Below are positions 63,374-64,000 of a stretch of DNA of 64,000 nucleotides, one piece after another (within the stretch, counting starts at the first letter, position 1; every line of letters starts with the position of its first letter). The stretch spans positions 8,147 through 72,146 of the forward strand of contig CAYOEG010000002.1 of the NCBI GenBank assembly GCA_964403155.1, given 5' to 3'. A model generated the notes under the pieces. The model was not told the DNA's origin and searched no databases. It saw only the letters and a program-made list of their open reading frames with translations. This stretch comes from an uncultured Candidatus Saccharibacteria bacterium. GTDB lineage: Bacteria; Patescibacteriota; Dojkabacteria; SC72. Position numbers and translations under genes: made by a program.

Positions 63374-64000
63374 ATGGATAATGATTCTAACCAAATAGAA
63401 GAGATAAAGAGTCGATTAGATATCGTACAGATTATCGAGAAATATGTACCGCTAAAACAAGCTGGTAAAAATTACTCAGGATTGTGTCCATTTCATCATG
63501 AGAAAACTCCCTCGTTCATTGTCAGTCCAGATATACAGAGATATAAATGTTTTGGTTGTGGAGAATCTGGTGATATGTTCAATTTTATTCAAAAAATTGA
63601 GAATCTCGATTTCCCAGAAACGCTACAAAAACTTGCAAAAGATGCTGGTGTGGAGTTGAAGCAATTTCAAAGTAATCCAAAATACTCCCGATTAGAGGAT
63701 ATTAACTATTTAGCCACTAAATATTACTACAATCAACTAAAAACCAACAAAATTGCCTTAGACTATATCTCTAAGAAAAGGAATTTTTCACATGATTCAA
63801 TAAAGCAATTTGGCATTGGCTATGCCCCAAAATACCCCAAATTGTTGGAGTATATTGGGAAAAACAAATTTAAAACACAGGAACTGATAGACTCGGGATT
63901 GTTTGTACTGAAAGATGGGAAAATGAAAGAGAAATTTTACGATAGAATCATGTTTCCGATACGATCATCCAGAGGAAAAGTTATTGGATTTTCTGGAAGA
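63374..64000 (+). CDS. dnaG: DNA primase DnaG (N-terminal part; continues beyond window)
   Basis: CHC2 zinc finger GLCPFHHEKTPSF...YKCFGCGESGD and start of the TOPRIM region. Confidence 0.85.
   Translation, partial: MDNDSNQIEEIKSRLDIVQIIEKYVPLKQAGKNYSGLCPFHHEKTPSFIVSPDIQRYKCFGCGESGDMFNFIQKIENLDFPETLQKLAKDAGVELKQFQSNPKYSRLEDINYLATKYYYNQLKTNKIALDYISKKRNFSHDSIKQFGIGYAPKYPKLLEYIGKNKFKTQELIDSGLFVLKDGKMKEKFYDRIMFPIRSSRGKVIGFSGR

Noticed and set aside
1-64000. CRISPR arrays, rRNA genes, transposases/integrases
   Set aside because: No regularly spaced direct repeats, no rRNA-like conserved stretches, and no DDE/tyrosine-recombinase motifs were seen in any frame.

Overview
This is an AT-rich (about one-third GC), gene-dense stretch of bacterial chromosome with short intergenic spacers. 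Housekeeping genes dominate: dnaJ, a short alaS, ruvX, mltG, an LCP-family gene, holA, rpsT, lepA, recF, two archaeal-type AspRS/AsnRS paralogues, sufS, dcd, glyA, folD, groES-groEL, murJ, comF, hrcA-grpE-dnaK, rplY, rpsG-rpsL, rpoB-rpoC, ftsK, rodZ-like and dnaG. Streamlined genes (599-aa AlaRS, 241-aa HrcA, archaeal-type AspRS), a sortase and cell-wall genes suggest a small-genome monoderm bacterium, possibly Patescibacteria/CPR-like; that placement is inference only. Regulation looks Firmicutes-like: three CIRCE-like operators sit next to the chaperone promoters, and a T-box riboswitch leader precedes the complete AspRS/AsnRS gene. Accessory content: (1) a sortase - solute-binding protein - Ig-like surface protein locus at 3-7.3 kb, and more surface proteins at 13-15.6 kb. 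(2) A roughly 9-kb island (21.7-30.7 kb) lacking housekeeping genes. It carries a pentein-like enzyme, a Pol-beta nucleotidyltransferase, a T4SS-like module (VirB3-like protein plus a VirB4 ATPase whose N-domain appears split into a separately translated ORF), a Lon AAA+ module with no protease or N domain, and a Pro/Thr-rich membrane protein. (3) A small HExxH metallopeptidase - XRE/cI-like repressor - unknown-gene triplet next to groEL. No rRNA, tRNA, CRISPR array, transposase or integrase was recognised.
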